Made by a program: the position numbers and the translations under genes. 64,000 bases of DNA from Sedimentisphaerales bacterium. GTDB taxonomy: Bacteria; Planctomycetota; Phycisphaerae; Sedimentisphaerales; SM23-30. Position 1 is the stretch's first letter, and every line of letters begins with the position of its first letter. Shown here piece after piece: positions 40,234 to 50,137 of the stretch. The stretch lies in contig CAXXFK010000033.1 of the NCBI GenBank assembly GCA_963663965.2, positions 160,001 through 224,000 on the forward strand, given 5' to 3'. The notes under the pieces are model-generated. The model saw only the letters and a list, made by a program, of their open reading frames with translations. It did no database searches and was not told the origin of the DNA.

Positions 40234-40546
40234 AATGGGACATTTTGCCATTCATTTATTCAAAACGCTAAGAGGACCATTCTGTGCGGGGTGGAATAAA
40301 ACAATTGACTGGATGAAGTGATCTTACTGGAGAATCCCAATGGCCGGGGGATATCTGATTCTTGTTCCTGACCCTATGCTGATCAGGATTTCTATTGAAT
40401 TGCGTTCCTGAGTAGCATAAAGTGGTATAGTCCGGATCTTGTGATAGTGACTATATAAAATGCCTGTTGATTTGACTTTCATGGGTGTGCCATCACTTTT
40501 GAAATTGAGACTATTGCACTGGCAACTGATCGAAAGGGAATAATTT

Positions 40547-41479
40547 ATGAAACCTGATCGCTGGATTATCACGCGGCGAGATATCCTCAAAAGTTCAACC
40601 CTGCTGCTGGCCGGTTCGGGGATCGGCTGGTTGACCTCATGCAGTCGACTTGTGTCTGGACATCCGGAACGTTCGGGTCGGGGAGTGCGTTTCGGAATGG
40701 TGACCGATATTCATCACGCCGATCTGGATGTCAATGGAACACGGTATTATCGGGATTCGTTGAGCAAATTGGCCGAATGTGTTGAATTCATGAACGAACA
40801 ACAGGTAGATTTTTTGATCGAACTGGGTGATTTCAAGGATCAGGGGCCAACCGAGATGGAAACCCTGGAATATCTGCGAGAGGTTGAAGCTGTCTTTCAG
40901 CGGTTTAACGGGCCCACCTATCATGTGCTGGGCAATCATGATATGGACCGGCTTTCCAAAAAACAATTTCTGGCCGGCATCACCAATGATGGCATCGAAC
41001 CGGGGCGAAGCTATTATGCATTCGATAAAAATGGATTTCGTTTTATTGTGCTGGACGCGAATTATACGTCGAACGGCCACGATTATGACCATGGTAATTT
41101 CGATTATCGAGACACCTCGATCCCCAACGGGCAACTGGAGTGGCTGACCAGTGAACTGGCTGAAGGTTCCGCTCCCGTCGTGGTATTTGTCCATCAATTG
41201 CTGGATGGTGATGATGCCCTGTGCGTTAAAAACAGTGAGGCGGTTCGTGAAATTTTACAAAGCTCCGGCCGGGTCAGGGCAGTATTCCAGGGGCATTTTC
41301 ATGAAGGCCGCATCCAGACCCTGGCAGGAATACATTATTATACCCTCAAAGGTTTGATAGAGGGCCGGGCTCCTGACTCCAACGCGTATGCCATTGTCGA
41401 ATGTATGCCGGATGGCAGTCTGACAGTCACGGGGTATCGGCGGGCGAGCCATTTTAATAGGATAACCGGCGTAAAGTGA
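40547..41479 (+). CDS. Tat-exported calcineurin-like metallophosphoesterase
   Basis: TRRDILK; DIH, LGDFKD, GNHD, FVHQ, GHFH. Confidence 0.9.
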   Translation: MKPDRWIITRRDILKSSTLLLAGSGIGWLTSCSRLVSGHPERSGRGVRFGMVTDIHHADLDVNGTRYYRDSLSKLAECVEFMNEQQVDFLIELGDFKDQGPTEMETLEYLREVEAVFQRFNGPTYHVLGNHDMDRLSKKQFLAGITNDGIEPGRSYYAFDKNGFRFIVLDANYTSNGHDYDHGNFDYRDTSIPNGQLEWLTSELAEGSAPVVVFVHQLLDGDDALCVKNSEAVREILQSSGRVRAVFQGHFHEGRIQTLAGIHYYTLKGLIEGRAPDSNAYAIVECMPDGSLTVTGYRRASHFNRITGVK

Positions 41480-41560
41480 AAAAGAGTTGCCGGTAATATC
41501 CAGAAACCGACCGGGTTTGGGACAGACCCTGGATCCGAATGCCATAATTTAAGGAGTGCC

Positions 41561-43408
41561 ATGATTAATAACCGGGATAGTAGACGAATCAGAAAAATAG
41601 CGAGTGGTATTGTGTTATGTTTGATGCTGAATCTATCAACGCTCTATGGTAGCGGATTGGTGCGGGTATTGCCTGTGTGTCCAGGCGATCAACTCAGTGA
41701 TTCCTTTCGGATTGATGTGGAGGGGCAGCCGGTTCCTGTCGCTCTGGAAACTTTTAATGGGGGCCAATCGTTCCATATCGCTTCGTTTGAAATGAATCAG
41801 CCGGTGATTGTCAAGCTATCTTGCGAATCGGGAGTTGCTCCCATCATTCGCCCCGCCCGCGCCGGGTTGTATCTGGCCGCCGATGGAGCATCCTGCTGGC
41901 GGTTCACTCTGGGTGAGCCCCAATCGATCGTGATAGAGCTGGCCGGTCAGAGGCCGTTATTCCTATTTGCGTTACCACCTGAATATGATACGCCAAAGCC
42001 AGACACGCCGGATGTTTTGTATTTCGGGCCGGGCGTTCATGAGGCAGGCCCTTTGCAACTCAAGTCAGGTCAAACCGTTTATCTGGCGGCCGGAGCCGTG
42101 CTGAAAGGGCGGCTTTATGGCCTGGAAGTGCAGGATGTAGTGATTCGCGGCCGGGGAGTACTCGATGCCCGTGGTTATACCAGCCGGGACAAAAAATTGC
42201 ATGGTATTTTATTTGAGCGTTCCCATAATATCAAAATCGATGGGATCCAGTTGCGCACCGGCGACTGGTGGCAATGTCTGTTTGTTTTATCTGACGACAT
42301 CCATATCAGCCGGCTGCATACCCTGAGTTTTGGCGTGAATAACGATGGGATCGATACCGATGGGGTCAGCCGGTTAAGGGTAGAAGATTGTTTTATCGGC
42401 TGTGGTGATGATGGCTTCGGCTGGCACGCGGTGGATGCCATGGCTTTTGGAGAGCCGCATACCCGGGATTGTGTGGCTGAACGTTGCGTTATCTGGAATG
42501 AACATGCCGGAAACGGTCTGCGGCTGGGCGCTTCCATGGAAACGGGTATTTTCGAGAACATCATATTTCGCGATATCGATGTGTTGCATGTCTGTTCCGG
42601 GGGGGTGGCGATCATGTCAGATCATTCAGACTGGGCGCATTTGAGGAATGTGTTATTCGAGAATTTTCATAACGATACCTCCAATGGCCTGATGCGACTC
42701 ATGGTTGAGAAAACGCGGTATTCCAATAGCACCGGGTATCGAGATGAACGCGGCCAGATCAGCGATATCTATTTCAACAATGTTACCTCCAATTCAACCC
42801 AAGTGGTTCTGCGGGGGGCCGATTCGAGTCACGGGATCCAGAATCTGTGGTTTTCCCATTGTGAACTGGGAGGTAAGGCCCTGGTCGATACCCGTGGATT
42901 TGAAATGAATCCGTTTGTTTCAAATATTCAGATCGTAGACCAGATGCTCCCATTTAAATCGTATCCGGCAGTATCCTCCAAGTGTTATGCCCCATCCGAG
43001 TTGATTATAGACGATAACGATGGTGACAATTTCTTTGCCTTTGGCGGGAATGGATTGAAAGCGATTGACGACGATTCTGCCGAAGGCGGACACTGCCATC
43101 GCTTTGAACGATTGGGCTGGGGGCACGCCGCAGTCTATACCCCGCAGGTATCCGGTGCTTATGAAATTTCAGTTCATTGGGGTAATTACCAGGGGCTGGC
43201 AACCCGGGCGCCATGGACCGTCAAATCAACCGAGGGCTATCAGACCCGGATTTTCGATCAGAACGGCTCGCCCGGCTGGCATTTGCTGGGGGTATATCAA
43301 CTGGATGGCGAGTCCTGGGTCCGACTGGTCGATCCCCATTATGTTATATCGAACGGACCGGTCATTGCGGACGCCGTGCGGTTCCGTAAGGTATCGGATA
43401 ACCGTTAG
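41561..43408 (+). CDS. Secreted pectin-lyase-fold glycoside hydrolase (GH28/GH49-like) with a C-terminal golvesin-like domain
   Basis: YFGPGVH, VYLAAGAV, GRGVLD, NNDGID, GDD; C-terminal DQNGSPGWHLLGVY...VIADAVRF. Confidence 0.75.
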   Translation: MINNRDSRRIRKIASGIVLCLMLNLSTLYGSGLVRVLPVCPGDQLSDSFRIDVEGQPVPVALETFNGGQSFHIASFEMNQPVIVKLSCESGVAPIIRPARAGLYLAADGASCWRFTLGEPQSIVIELAGQRPLFLFALPPEYDTPKPDTPDVLYFGPGVHEAGPLQLKSGQTVYLAAGAVLKGRLYGLEVQDVVIRGRGVLDARGYTSRDKKLHGILFERSHNIKIDGIQLRTGDWWQCLFVLSDDIHISRLHTLSFGVNNDGIDTDGVSRLRVEDCFIGCGDDGFGWHAVDAMAFGEPHTRDCVAERCVIWNEHAGNGLRLGASMETGIFENIIFRDIDVLHVCSGGVAIMSDHSDWAHLRNVLFENFHNDTSNGLMRLMVEKTRYSNSTGYRDERGQISDIYFNNVTSNSTQVVLRGADSSHGIQNLWFSHCELGGKALVDTRGFEMNPFVSNIQIVDQMLPFKSYPAVSSKCYAPSELIIDDNDGDNFFAFGGNGLKAIDDDSAEGGHCHRFERLGWGHAAVYTPQVSGAYEISVHWGNYQGLATRAPWTVKSTEGYQTRIFDQNGSPGWHLLGVYQLDGESWVRLVDPHYVISNGPVIADAVRFRKVSDNR

Positions 43409-43418
43409 CCGGATATTA

Positions 43419-45680
43419 TCAGTTTGATTTCGGTCGATCGGCAGGAGCCCGTCCAAACTCTTTATTCGGACGTGATCCCATAGTCAAAATCAATTCACCG
43501 CCATCCATAATCATCTGGTGGGTAATATAGCTTTTAGGCCAGGGGCGGCCGTTCCAGGTGGCCGATTGAATATAGATATTCTTCGGACTGTTATCGATGG
43601 CTTTCACGCGGAACGTTTTGCCATTGGGCAATGGAATCGCAGCTTGATTCATTGCCGGGCTGCCCAATACATAGATGCCATTGGCGGGGTGAACCGGGTA
43701 GAAACCCAGCGCGGAAAGAACGTACCAGGCCGACATCTGGCCGCAGTCTTCGTTGCCGCACAAACCTTCGTGGGTGTCATTATACATGGTTGAAACAATT
43801 TCACGAACTTTCCCGGCGGTTTTCCATTGCTGGCCGGCGAAGGCATATAAATACGTAATATGATGACTGGGTTCGTTGCCATGGGCGTATTGTCCGATCA
43901 ATCCGGAAATATCCGCGGAGGCGCCCTCATTTAAATTGGAGCTGATTTTAAACAACAGGTCCAGTTTGCTGATGAACGCATTTTCCGAGCCGAATAATCC
44001 GATCAGCCCTTCCGGGTCATGTGGAACCAGCCAGGTGTATTGCCAGGCGTTGCCTTCGCAGTAATCATCTTCGCGATGCTTGGAGGCAACCGGATCGAAC
44101 GGTGTACGCCAGGAGCCATCACTCAGTTTGCCACGCATAAAGGTGGTTTCCTTATCGAAATAGTTTTTGTAATAAGCCGCGCGTCTGGCAAAAAGAGCGG
44201 CATCTTCTTTTTTACCCAGCGTGTCGGCCATCAGGGCGATACAGGCATCGTCTATGGCATATTCCAGCGCCTTGGCGACCGATTCCCATTCTTTATCGGC
44301 CGGGATATAGCCCCGTTTTTTCAATTGGTCCAGACCGCGTTCATCGCGCAGGGCGGAGGCTTTCATCGCTTCAAAGGCCAGGTTGGCGTCGAAGCCGCGG
44401 AATCCTTTCAGGTAAGCATCCACGATGGGCGGCACGGCATGATAGCCTACCATAGTGTCCGTTTCATTGCCCATTAAATGCCAGACGGGCAGTTTGCCCT
44501 GTTGCTGATAAATCGCCAGCATGGAGGCGATCATATCGTTGACGCGTTCCTGCTGAACGAGGGTCATCAATGGATGCAGTGAACGATAAGTGTCCCACAG
44601 GGAAAAGATCGAATAATTCTGGAACGGGGCGTTGGTGTAAACTTTTTTGTCAGTGCCCCGATAATCGCCGTTGACATCGTTAAATAAAACCGGACAGATC
44701 ATGGTGTGATAAAAGGCGGTATAGAATGTCCGCATAAGCGCTTCATCGGTCGATTCGAACTGGATTTTACGAAGCTGCTGATTCCACTTTTTACGCGAGG
44801 CATTGATATAATCATTGAATTCCCAGTCGGGTGTTTCTGTCTCCAGATTTTTGATCGCGTTTTCGACACTGACAGGAGAAATCGCGACTTTCAACTGCAC
44901 TTCAGTGGGAACCGGGCCGGCTGGAAACGACACGACGCCTTTCATTTTATTACTCTTGCCAGATAAGCCGTCGAGTTTCTGGTTGCCGTCAAAAGCGGCG
45001 AATTGAGGTATCTTTGTTTCGAATCGAGCAACGAAGTAAACCCGTTGATCACGAGCCCAGCCGGCAGAAAAACGGTAACCGCCAATGGTGTAATCATCGA
45101 GTTTCTGAATAAAAGTCTCGGTTGCCCGGTCACCATTGCCTTCCTGCAAATCGATCATAATGCGGCCGGTCTGGTCTGCTGGAAATCGATAACGATGCAG
45201 CGCAACTCGTTCCGTGGCGGTGAGTTCGGCCTTGATACCATAATCCTTGAGTACCAGCGAGTAGTAATCGGGTCGTACGGTTTCGTCCTGGTGGTTGTAT
45301 CGGGACGCGTAGCCGGTGTCGGGATTGTCCTGGCTGCCCTTATCAGTTTTTAGCGGGCCGGTATAGGGCATGATTAAAATATCGCCCAGATCGGCGCAGC
45401 CTGTGCCACTGAGATGCAAATGAGAAAATCCAATCAGCACCGTATCCGAATAATGGTATCCGGAACACCAGTCCCAGCCTTTATGGATGTTCATCGGGCC
45501 GGGCTGGATCGCGCCAAATGGCACAGACGATCCCACAAACACATGGCCATGCCCCCCGGCGCCAATCAAAGGGTCGACAAACTGTACCAGGTCGGATGGG
45601 GCGGCCAGACTGATCGAATTAGCAAATCCGGTAATTATTGAAAATATTACAAGTTGGATCAGTTGTGCTTTATTAGTCAT
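43419..45680 (-). CDS. GH92 alpha-mannosidase family protein
   Basis: VDPLIG, GFSHLHLSGTG, FSLWDTYR, LEYAIDD, EGNAWQY, HGNEPSHH, GNEDCGQMSAWY. Confidence 0.93.
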   Translation of the reverse strand: MTNKAQLIQLVIFSIITGFANSISLAAPSDLVQFVDPLIGAGGHGHVFVGSSVPFGAIQPGPMNIHKGWDWCSGYHYSDTVLIGFSHLHLSGTGCADLGDILIMPYTGPLKTDKGSQDNPDTGYASRYNHQDETVRPDYYSLVLKDYGIKAELTATERVALHRYRFPADQTGRIMIDLQEGNGDRATETFIQKLDDYTIGGYRFSAGWARDQRVYFVARFETKIPQFAAFDGNQKLDGLSGKSNKMKGVVSFPAGPVPTEVQLKVAISPVSVENAIKNLETETPDWEFNDYINASRKKWNQQLRKIQFESTDEALMRTFYTAFYHTMICPVLFNDVNGDYRGTDKKVYTNAPFQNYSIFSLWDTYRSLHPLMTLVQQERVNDMIASMLAIYQQQGKLPVWHLMGNETDTMVGYHAVPPIVDAYLKGFRGFDANLAFEAMKASALRDERGLDQLKKRGYIPADKEWESVAKALEYAIDDACIALMADTLGKKEDAALFARRAAYYKNYFDKETTFMRGKLSDGSWRTPFDPVASKHREDDYCEGNAWQYTWLVPHDPEGLIGLFGSENAFISKLDLLFKISSNLNEGASADISGLIGQYAHGNEPSHHITYLYAFAGQQWKTAGKVREIVSTMYNDTHEGLCGNEDCGQMSAWYVLSALGFYPVHPANGIYVLGSPAMNQAAIPLPNGKTFRVKAIDNSPKNIYIQSATWNGRPWPKSYITHQMIMDGGELILTMGSRPNKEFGRAPADRPKSN

Positions 45681-46016
45681 AGATGGCATCCCTTTCTGAA
45701 TTAATTATATAAATAGAAAATTGTTTGATTTGATACTGGTCAGCAATTCAATTTTTTTATACGGGCATAACGTTTGTCAATAGTAAACGTAGATTAGCGC
45801 CGTATTATTCAAGTGAAAAATAAGCTACCGGCACAAAATTGCATTAATATATTGAATTCATCTAAATTAACTACAAAGGTATATCAATAAAATGCAGTAA
45901 CAGCTACCCGAAAAAGCCTCGGATTGGATGGTATTGAATGCTGATAAATTAATGGAAAGTGTATTTGTTAAGTGCTTGTTATAAAACCGGCTGTGTTAAA
46001 TGCGCGTCAAGGTATT

Positions 46017-46646
46017 TTATAAGAACGGATTATAGTTTTTTTCTCGTTCAATTGTTGTAGCCGGACCGTGGCCGGGAAAAACCTGGGTTTCAGGTGGAAG
46101 CGACAGGAGTTTTTCCTGGATGTTCTGGACCAGTTGTTCGTGATTGCCGGAATGAAAATCGGTACGTCCTATCCCACCGGCAAAGAGTGCATCTCCGGCA
46201 AAGAGAACCGCTTCCTGAGGGCAATAGAGACAGATTCCCCCCGGTGTGTGTCCCGGTGTAGCTATTACGTGGAAGTCAAGGTTGGCAAACTCGATCATAT
46301 CACCTTCTTCGTAGAGGTGATGTGTCTGTTTGACAACCGAGGGTGCGTCCATCGAAACCGACAAGTTCAAAGTAGCGCTGGTCAGCATGGGGACGTCCGG
46401 TTTACTGATATATACCTTGATATCAGGAAATGTCTGGCAGACCAGGTCAACCCCGCCAATATGATCGCCATGGCCGTGAGTCAGAAGGATAAGAGTGGGT
46501 CTCAGGGATTGCTGCTGAAGGTATTCGATCAGGGCTTCGGCGCCCAGACCTGGATCGATTATCAGGCAATGTTCGGGATCCTGATCGCAGGTGACAACAT
46601 AGCAATTGGTTTGATATGAACCGAGAGGCAAGCAGGCGATATTCAC
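46017..46646 (-). CDS. MBL-fold metallo-hydrolase (glyoxalase II-like)
   Basis: THGHGDHIGG, TPGHTPG, GDALF, PGHG. Confidence 0.9.
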   Translation of the reverse strand: MNIACLPLGSYQTNCYVVTCDQDPEHCLIIDPGLGAEALIEYLQQQSLRPTLILLTHGHGDHIGGVDLVCQTFPDIKVYISKPDVPMLTSATLNLSVSMDAPSVVKQTHHLYEEGDMIEFANLDFHVIATPGHTPGGICLYCPQEAVLFAGDALFAGGIGRTDFHSGNHEQLVQNIQEKLLSLPPETQVFPGHGPATTIEREKNYNPFL

Positions 46647-46742
46647 AGGAACTCCTTATGAACTGGTTGGTATAAAAACGAAATAATGCCTTTAATAAGT
46701 TATATCAAAGCAGAATGGAAAAAGTCAAACGTCCCCGGCGAA

Positions 46743-47567
46743 TTATTTCTTTTTTTCCGGAATGGGTAGATTCAGTTCAGCAAGTACTTTTTTCATATCG
46801 TCCCATACGCGGCCACGGGCTTCCTGGGTGTAGTTCCGCAACAGATAAGCAGGATGATAGGTTGCCACCAGTTTGATGGGGGGCATATCATCCGCGGGTT
46901 GGTAGTACATGATTTTGCCGCGAAGGCGGCCGATTGCCTCATCCGTGTTTAATAAAGTACGGGCGGCATGAGCGCCCAGGGCGATAATGATATCGGGATT
47001 GATCGTTTTTAATTGCTCGGTCAGATACCCAATGCATTGTTCTTTTTCCGAAGCCGATGGATCACGATTATCGGGCGGCCGGCATTTGAGCACATTGCAG
47101 ATAAAGACATCGTCCCGATTCAGGCCCATGGCCTTGATAATATTGGTGAGCAGTTGACCGGCGCGGCCGACAAACGGACGGCCCTGCTGGTCTTCGTCTC
47201 CGCCGGGCGCTTCGCCGACAAATACGATGCGCGCGGAGGGATTGCCTTCGCCCGGGACCGTATGTTTGCGGGTTTTGTGCAGGTCGCATTTTTGACAGGC
47301 TGCGACTCGCGCGGCAATCTGATCCAGTTGACTTTGGTTTTCGCCGGTTACTTTGCGTGGAACGGGTATTGACTCTTTTGCCATGTTGGTTGCCGGGGTT
47401 GAAACTCGGGTTGGGGGTTGGGTTGCCGGCGCCGGGTGAGTCCGTTGGGGTTGAGTTGGAACTCGTTCGGGCGGTTTCGGCATAGTCATTGGCAGCCAGC
47501 GGCCGCCCAGAAACGCTTCGGATTCCAGGTGTTCGATCAGGGTTTGTATGATTTTGTTGCGGGACAT
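46743..47567 (-). CDS. Family 4 uracil-DNA glycosylase
   Basis: [40 protein letters not shown]. Confidence 0.92.
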   Translation of the reverse strand: MSRNKIIQTLIEHLESEAFLGGRWLPMTMPKPPERVPTQPQRTHPAPATQPPTRVSTPATNMAKESIPVPRKVTGENQSQLDQIAARVAACQKCDLHKTRKHTVPGEGNPSARIVFVGEAPGGDEDQQGRPFVGRAGQLLTNIIKAMGLNRDDVFICNVLKCRPPDNRDPSASEKEQCIGYLTEQLKTINPDIIIALGAHAARTLLNTDEAIGRLRGKIMYYQPADDMPPIKLVATYHPAYLLRNYTQEARGRVWDDMKKVLAELNLPIPEKKK

Positions 47568-47626
47568 ATTATGAGATTATCGCTAAAAGACATTATGATC
47601 AGGGACTGAGCGGTTTAATTCGGTTT

Positions 47627-50137
47627 TTAACGGGTAAGCAGATACCACATGGTAGCGTATTTCGGAGATAATTCCAGTGTTCTTTCCAGCTTGAAAGCCG
47701 TGGAGGGAGTTCCGTCAGCTTTAAGTGGTTGGCAGGTCCAGCCGGATTGCGGCAGTTGGATCGTCGCATTGATCGGTTCGATCATTACCGGTGCCTTGCC
47801 CCAGCGGTTGCCCACCGTCGTTCGATCTTCCGAAAATTCCATACCCTGGTTTTCGCACCGGCCACAGGAAGTAATCAGGATCGATCGAGTTGTTTTCAAG
47901 TCGCGGTGATCGAGGGTTGTTATGATCAGGGAGGCCTGTTGAGGGGCGCGAACCTGGATTTTGAAATCGGGGAACTCGGCAAAACGGGAGGTGGCGCCGC
48001 ATAAAATTACTGACTGGGGCGAACTGGCGGCGTACAGGCCGCCTTTGTCATTAACATTCCAGATAAGATTACCGGGCGCATTGTTTTTTAGTCGCGATTG
48101 ACTGCCGGAATTCGAAAAAGTCACTGCAACGGCATTGGAAGTCAACTCCTCTGTGCTCATACGATAAGCGCGCGCAAAGCTCCGGTCGAATTCCAGGTGC
48201 AGATCCGCAATTGCCAACAGTGGATTGTCAGTATTAGACTTAAGTGCGTATCCTTTTTTGTTGGGAAATGTATTCAGATTGGAATCACAAAAAACAGTCG
48301 CGCCGGCAGCCATAAAGCCCCACTTGGCCGGATTGGTGTCGATATCAAAGAAACTGTTCATCTGTTGGCGGTTCCATTCGGTGTTGCCATGACAATAGGT
48401 GTACAGCCAGATGCCGTCCCAGTCTTGCAGGGCGGCATACGATGCGATCATAGGAACGCATTCCGATTGGCTGTCCAGTGGCGCCGGATGGTTGTATTCC
48501 GAAACCGTATAAGGTTTGCCGGCCAGACGTTCCGACGCCAACTGGAACAGGGTTGAGCCATCCGGGTGGGCGCTTAAGGCCATCTGGTTGATGATCCAGT
48601 TATTGCCATCCCAGGGCCGGCCCGGAAAACGCGGATGCTGCCAGTAGGCATGGCTGTCCACGAAGTCCAGATCACTTTGAGTATAGAGCCCCAGTGGCCC
48701 AAAGACAATCGTGCCCGTTACCAGTGAGTTGCAACCAATATCATTTATGATGTGTTGGTACATCCCATCGAAGTATTTTTTTTCGGTTTCAGCCAGGAAT
48801 ACCATCCGGTCATTCAATCGCTGCTGAGATTCGGAAGCCCCGTAAAGCAATACCGTGTTGTCTTCCAGTTTTTCATTGTCGAGGGTGAATTCCGCGCCGG
48901 GTTTCATCTGGATATCCGCCAGATAGAACGGTCCGTCGGCGTTGCCAAATGAGAAGCTGAGACGGGCGTTGTCATCCGATTTCAAGCCCCGAAAGACAAT
49001 TCGGAATGATTGGGGTTCGGATGTCAGTTTGAGTTCACGCGATACACCCAGATTACCCCAGGGTTCATGGTTCTGTCCCACGACCATGGAGATACTGCGA
49101 GGCGCGTCGGCATGGGCCGTGAATGTCAGCGTATAGTAACGGCCCTCCTCAATCGTGAAGTCGGTTTGCTTAAATTGCAGATGCCAGCTGGTTGGATCAA
49201 TTTTAGTCGGGGTAATAGTCAGTGTCTTATTTTTCAGCATTAATTTGGCGCTGCATCCTGCATGTTGTTCCACCTGCCAGTAGGAAGGCACGCCATTGCC
49301 GGAAATCTGGCTGAAGTCACTGTTTTTCAGAAAATTGCTGCCGAGCGGATCGGGAGTCCGGCACCAGGCTTTTTTCAGTCCGGCGGTATTGTCGTAACGA
49401 TTTCGCAGCCATTGGTTGTATTGTTTTTGCAGCAGATCGCGATAATAGGGTTCCAGGTTTCTTAATGCCTCTTCGCCGTCCCACATAAAAAAACTGTTTT
49501 CATTGGTGATTTCCACAAACGCCACCGCCGGATCGTCCGCCAGTCTCATTTTGCGATAGGGATTCATATACTTCAGCAGCATATTGGCGTAATTTTTCTG
49601 GGCGTCGATTAACGGCGGCGTAAAGATATTCACGACCTTATCGTAATTACGCTGGCTATCGGGTAACCCCAGGTGTTTACTGTATTGAGCGCCGACGTGC
49701 AGGTTAATGTTGGTATAGATACCATATCGCGCGAGTTGGTCGATCATATAACACAGTCGGTCCAGCGCTTCGGGATGCAGCGTGCGGTAGTCAGAGGTAG
49801 TGATTCCGCGTGGCCAGGGACTGGTATCCATGTGATGGCAGCGCACGGCATTCACACCAGCCGCGGCCAGACGCTGGGCCAGTTTTTCCGCGTCGGCATG
49901 TTCCGGGAAATTGGCGTTGAAAGAAAGATTAACCCCCCAGATGCGAACCTTGCGACCGGTCTGGTCCACAAAATGACCGTCTTTGCTGATCAGGCGGCTG
50001 GATGGGGTAATGGGAAAGTAATTGTGCTGAATGACCGATTCCGGATTGGTTTCAAATGGAATGGGAAACGGGACCATCTCTGCGGCGAACAGGCTGCCTG
50101 TCAGAATGAATGTGAAGACGATTAGAAAACGCGTCAT
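47627..50137 (-). CDS. Secreted clan GH-A (GH5-like) hydrolase with an inserted CBM4/9-like module
   Basis: WGVN, VRCHHMD, EITNEN, SHAYW, VSEYNH; the CBM (WHLQFKQ...YTLTFTA...FYLADI) lies between the two catalytic Glu motifs. Confidence 0.75.
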   Translation of the reverse strand: MTRFLIVFTFILTGSLFAAEMVPFPIPFETNPESVIQHNYFPITPSSRLISKDGHFVDQTGRKVRIWGVNLSFNANFPEHADAEKLAQRLAAAGVNAVRCHHMDTSPWPRGITTSDYRTLHPEALDRLCYMIDQLARYGIYTNINLHVGAQYSKHLGLPDSQRNYDKVVNIFTPPLIDAQKNYANMLLKYMNPYRKMRLADDPAVAFVEITNENSFFMWDGEEALRNLEPYYRDLLQKQYNQWLRNRYDNTAGLKKAWCRTPDPLGSNFLKNSDFSQISGNGVPSYWQVEQHAGCSAKLMLKNKTLTITPTKIDPTSWHLQFKQTDFTIEEGRYYTLTFTAHADAPRSISMVVGQNHEPWGNLGVSRELKLTSEPQSFRIVFRGLKSDDNARLSFSFGNADGPFYLADIQMKPGAEFTLDNEKLEDNTVLLYGASESQQRLNDRMVFLAETEKKYFDGMYQHIINDIGCNSLVTGTIVFGPLGLYTQSDLDFVDSHAYWQHPRFPGRPWDGNNWIINQMALSAHPDGSTLFQLASERLAGKPYTVSEYNHPAPLDSQSECVPMIASYAALQDWDGIWLYTYCHGNTEWNRQQMNSFFDIDTNPAKWGFMAAGATVFCDSNLNTFPNKKGYALKSNTDNPLLAIADLHLEFDRSFARAYRMSTEELTSNAVAVTFSNSGSQSRLKNNAPGNLIWNVNDKGGLYAASSPQSVILCGATSRFAEFPDFKIQVRAPQQASLIITTLDHRDLKTTRSILITSCGRCENQGMEFSEDRTTVGNRWGKAPVMIEPINATIQLPQSGWTCQPLKADGTPSTAFKLERTLELSPKYATMWYLLTR